From the NCBI GenBank assembly GCA_015232015.1, contig JADGAM010000002.1:85-64084 (forward strand): a DNA stretch of 64,000 nucleotides, in the 5' to 3' direction. Below, piece by piece: positions 62,535 through 64,000 of the stretch. Under the pieces are notes generated by a model, which did no database searches, was not told where the DNA came from, and saw only the letters and a list, made by a program, of their open reading frames with translations. The translations under genes and the position numbers were made by a program. Position 1 is the stretch's first letter; the number at the start of each line of letters is the position of its first letter. The DNA comes from Oligoflexia bacterium (GTDB lineage Bacteria; Bdellovibrionota; Bacteriovoracia; Bacteriovoracales; Bacteriovoracaceae).

Positions 62535-64000
62535 TTATTTTGAAGTAGTACTGGTTTTTATTACAATTCTTTCGAGCATATTTATAAATTCTTGTCCGTA
62601 AGAATCCATTTCAAGATTTAGTTTTTCGTTAGCGTTGTTAAAGTGATTGTAGAAAAAAACTGCAGGTATTGCAGTTGCAAGTCCAATAGCGGTGGCAACT
62701 AATGCCTCTGCAATCCCAGGCGCAACGGCATCTAAACTTGTTATACCTTCACCTAATCCTACAAAAGCATCTATAATTCCCCAGACTGTTCCAAGCAAAC
62801 CAATAAAGGGAGCAGCCGAACCAATGCTGGCCAGTGTAGAAAGAGAGGAATTCATTTTATCGTTTGAATCATTAATGGCCCTTTTTAATGCTCGCTCAAC
62901 AGAAGTAAAACCAAAAGATGAAAAATGTTCGTAAAGTATCTCCTTTGAAGTTCCTTTGCCCAAGCTATCTCTTATTTTAATAAACTCTTCATGTCCCTTT
63001 TGAAAGATATTTAAAAAAGGAGAATAGGGCATTTCTTTTGATTTTAAAAAAATAAGTGCTTCTAATATACTTAATTTAACTTCTGAATCTTTCTCTATTA
63101 AAAAACTTTCTAGTAATGCAGAAATTGCATTAACATTATTGATATTTTGTAAACCTTTTGATGCATTTATTTTTGTTTCAGAATCAGTTGATTTTAATGA
63201 ATTAAGGAATAATTTGTATGCACTTTTGACTTTCAGCTTCTCCATTGTCATAACAAGAGTTTTTCTTAATTGAGTAGATAATTCTTGAGTAGAAGAGGAT
63301 GTTGATGATGATGATGAATCTGCTAATTGAAATAACATTTTATCAAATTGAGAATCTACTCCTTCGTTTTTCCCTCGATAAGCAAAAAACTCTAACACAT
63401 CAATTTTGATTGATTCATCACTGCTATTTTTATCCATATATAATCCAAGTAAAAACTCAAATGTTTTCAGGGGTATGTCTTCTCTATCCAAAAAGCTGTA
63501 TAATGCTTTTGGGATAATTTCAGGATTTATTTTTTCTAAAATAGTATCGATTGAATTATTATATAAAAAATCAATTGTATCTTTTTCTCGATCACATATT
63601 TTTTTTGTTTGCTGATAGATTTTTACTTTCTCATTGGAAATAACTGGGAGTATAAGAGAACCTTCTCTATATTTTTTAATTCCATTTTCTGTTAAAAACA
63701 TTGGTAAGTTTGCAGGCATTGAAGAATCAAAAAATTGTGGATCGATTCCAGATTCAGGAAATTTAATTTTATGACTAGCTCGAATTGAATTTTCTGGCAT
63801 ATAGAATTTATTAAGGCATGATCCTTGAAGTATCGCATTTTTCCACTCTTCGTAAGAAATGATCTCGTCACGATTGACATCGAATATATTTTTAGAGTCG
63901 TAAAAAGTTTTTTGCAATATTTCTTTTTCCCAGATAACAAGCGGTGAAGAGATATATTGAGATACAGGAGTGATTACAGAAATTGGTGTATTTGAAGTTA
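62535..64000 (-). CDS. MotA/TolQ/ExbB-family proton-channel protein with very large pre-TM2 insertion; ORF open to the window edge (5' partial)
   Basis: The C-terminal core ..LASIGSAAPFIGLLGTVWGIIDAF..VAPGIAEALVATAIGLATAIPAVFFYNHF.. is the TolQ/ExbB TM2-TM3 signature. The listed start (63917) is a TTG. The frame upstream has no stop through nt 64000 (..TSNTPISVITPVSQYISSPLVIWEKEI-), so the true start is probably off-window. Confidence 0.75.
   Translation of the reverse strand, partial: TSNTPISVITPVSQYISSPLVIWEKEILQKTFYDSKNIFDVNRDEIISYEEWKNAILQGSCLNKFYMPENSIRASHKIKFPESGIDPQFFDSSMPANLPMFLTENGIKKYREGSLILPVISNEKVKIYQQTKKICDREKDTIDFLYNNSIDTILEKINPEIIPKALYSFLDREDIPLKTFEFLLGLYMDKNSSDESIKIDVLEFFAYRGKNEGVDSQFDKMLFQLADSSSSSTSSSTQELSTQLRKTLVMTMEKLKVKSAYKLFLNSLKSTDSETKINASKGLQNINNVNAISALLESFLIEKDSEVKLSILEALIFLKSKEMPYSPFLNIFQKGHEEFIKIRDSLGKGTSKEILYEHFSSFGFTSVERALKRAINDSNDKMNSSLSTLASIGSAAPFIGLLGTVWGIIDAFVGLGEGITSLDAVAPGIAEALVATAIGLATAIPAVFFYNHFNNANEKLNLEMDSYGQEFINMLERIVIKTSTTSK

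Noticed and set aside
62139-64000. ExbB/ExbD-like pair as a Zorya-type anti-phage system
   Set aside because: ZorA-type proteins carry a long C-terminal tail after the channel core. They pair with a peptidoglycan-binding ZorB plus ZorC/D-type effectors. Here the extension is N-terminal to the core, the partner is a short ExbD-like protein, and no effector genes are adjacent in the window.
1-64000. Alternative genetic code (TGA as Trp) given the very low GC content
   Set aside because: Conserved Trp positions use TGG, for example in the transposase and integrase regions. TGA terminates ORFs at family-typical lengths (the 3594-5939 gene, the Xis-like gene, the FHA-GGDEF gene). All housekeeping proteins come out full-length under code 11.

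Overview
This is a visibly AT-rich, densely coding bacterial chromosomal segment read in the standard code. I did not compute GC. I call about 63 protein genes, 1 pseudogene and 2 tRNAs, and I found no rRNA and no CRISPR array.

- **Left edge (1-3.2 kb):** a decaying tRNA-Ser-associated integrative element. It holds an IS256-family transposase that runs off-window, a small winged-helix remnant, an excisionase-like gene broken by an in-frame TAA, and a tyrosine integrase. It abuts tandem tRNA-Ser(GCU) and tRNA-Ser(UGA).
- **5.9-18.4 kb:** a lysine-fermentation (beta-lysine catabolic) cluster. The order is kamA, then divergently kdd, a P-loop protein, a MutS-like ATPase, kamD, kamE, a class-III aminotransferase where kal would normally sit, and kce. 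An antisense metalloprotease gene and a thiolase follow.
- **21.8-33.9 kb:** one long minus-strand housekeeping array: yceD-rpmF-fabH-fabD-fabG-acpP-fabF-glyA-nusB-hyp-GT39-hslV-hslU.
- **Rest of the window:** aroK-like, alr, tsaC, an NPPY methyltransferase, dciA-like, lptE-holA, rpsT, miaA-mutL, rlmN and sppA-lapB. There is also a signalling neighbourhood (cNMP-binding protein, GYF-GYF-PilZ, Ser/Thr kinase, FHA-GGDEF). An ExbB/ExbD-type pair lies at the right edge, and its ExbB-like ORF is open to the window end.

The envelope genes (lptE, lapB, TolQR-like) indicate a diderm. DciA, the abundance of FHA/STK/PilZ/GYF signalling, and N/K/S-rich low-complexity inserts are reminiscent of Bdellovibrionota/Oligoflexia-type genomes. 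Taxonomy cannot be established from this window.

I did not find a clear-cut defence island or biosynthetic cluster. The most unusual items are:
- the aminotransferase-type lysine pathway with its MutS-like/P-loop pair;
- phased short tandem repeats in its internal intergenic spacers;
- a stator-like ExbB homologue with a very large EF-hand-like/HEAT-like insertion;
- a compact second-messenger/kinase neighbourhood;
- several apparent pseudoenzymes;
- pervasive in-frame 9-12 nt tandem repeats.

All family assignments come from reading motifs by eye. No searches were run.
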